Assembly (NCBI GenBank): GCA_964234715.1
Contig: OZ174281.1
DNA: 64,000 nt
Source of the DNA: Podarcis melisellensis
Taxonomy: Eukaryota
Strand: one strand, 5' to 3'
Below the pieces are notes generated by a model. That model had not been told where the DNA came from. It saw only the letters and a program-made list of their open reading frames with translations, and made no database searches. Of the stretch, positions 63,201 through 64,000 are shown one piece after another. How positions within the stretch are numbered: position 1 is the stretch's first letter; each line of letters starts with the position of its first letter. A program made the position numbers and the translations under genes.

Positions 63201-64000
63201 CCTGTCTCGTGGTGGTCTTAGTATCTGAGATATGCAGTAGTTATAGCAAAAAATAAAAAAGGAAAGCAACAACAGCCTTACTGAATGGTGCAATATTGCT
63301 TTTCTATTAAACAAAGGGCTATCTTGTTGAAGAAAAAAGTATAAGCCACTGTGAAGAATAATTTTGCAGCATCTTACTAGCAAGTCTGTATAGCCAGAAC
63401 TTTTAGCCAATCTAATAGGTTTCCAAAATGTGTTGAGGGTACATAAATTTGAATAGGGATGTAGTTTGAAAATCCATTTCAGAGAGGGATTTTCTTGTCA
63501 TTGTCAGTTTGAATCCTATTCTCAGGGCCATATGTCCCACAGGAAAGGAAGGTTAACTAGTATTCTAGTCCTGAAAAAGTCTTGTCTTGTATGTCATAAA
63601 CTGGTCTCTGCCTAGTTCCAGCATTTAAACAACATTAAGGTAGCTTAAAATTTGCTGGTTTCAAATCTGCTAGTTTCAAAACATACTTTGAATTGACCCA
63701 CAGTCCTAGATAATGATTATTTGTTTTTAACCACAAGACTGAAAGCTTTTCAAACATCATAAGGAATGATCTCCCCCCCCCTTACATTCTTCAAAAGAAA
63801 AATTGCTATCTAAAACCCCCAAAGTTAGCCAAAGATTAAAAGATCCAGGGAGCAGGTTATCTTGTCGTTTGCTTTTTCTTTTCTTTTTTAACCATTGATG
63901 TTTTATTGTTACGGATCTGGAGGAAAGTCAGTGTGAAGACAAATATTCAAGCTATATCAGAAAGCCCTGTTTAGGGATACAGTAGTCATGCAATTCAGGC
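57296..64000 (+). other. ZNF704: Probable long ZNF704 3' UTR (end not determined; candidate AATAAA at 61541-61546)
   Basis: Follows the stop; AT-rich and poor in young TEs compared with the introns. Mammalian ZNF704 has a very long 3' UTR (recalled). The true end cannot be read from the sequence. Confidence 0.5.
60537..60568. repeat. (GTTT)n microsatellite
   Basis: Seen directly. Confidence 0.95.

Noticed and set aside
1-64000. Prokaryotic systems (CRISPR, retrons, operons) or an assignment to ZNF395/SLC2A4RG
   Set aside because: The DNA is a spliced vertebrate locus with no repeat-spacer array, and the RTs are of PLE and CR1 type. Exons 2 and 4 match ZNF704 specifically.

Overview
Vertebrate genomic DNA from a squamate reptile, probably a lacertid lizard (inferred from Sauria/Squam-type SINEs, CR1/L2/L1 LINEs and hAT/Tc1-mariner MITEs). 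It holds one complete protein-coding gene on the + strand, ZNF704 (GIG1; one C2H2 finger plus a C-terminal C-clamp). I reconstructed it as 9 coding exons from a CpG-island exon 1 (ATG 14624) to a stop ending at 57295: 1575 nt, 524 aa, all introns GT-AG with consistent phases. The most striking structure is in intron 6. A very young Penelope-like (Poseidon-type, RT + GIY-YIG) retroelement, 49259-51871, lies between two (TA)n tracts. It is built as an 804-bp near-perfect inverted repeat around a 971-bp spacer, and each arm carries a minimal hammerhead ribozyme motif that overlaps the element's own stop codon. Other points of interest: an apparent Tc1/mariner excision footprint (TA-CCGG-TA), a uORF and cryptic donor in the ZNF704 leader, a nested L1-in-MITE insertion and an OposCharlie1-like hAT MITE. 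Coordinates were counted by eye and family names are from recall, not database searches.
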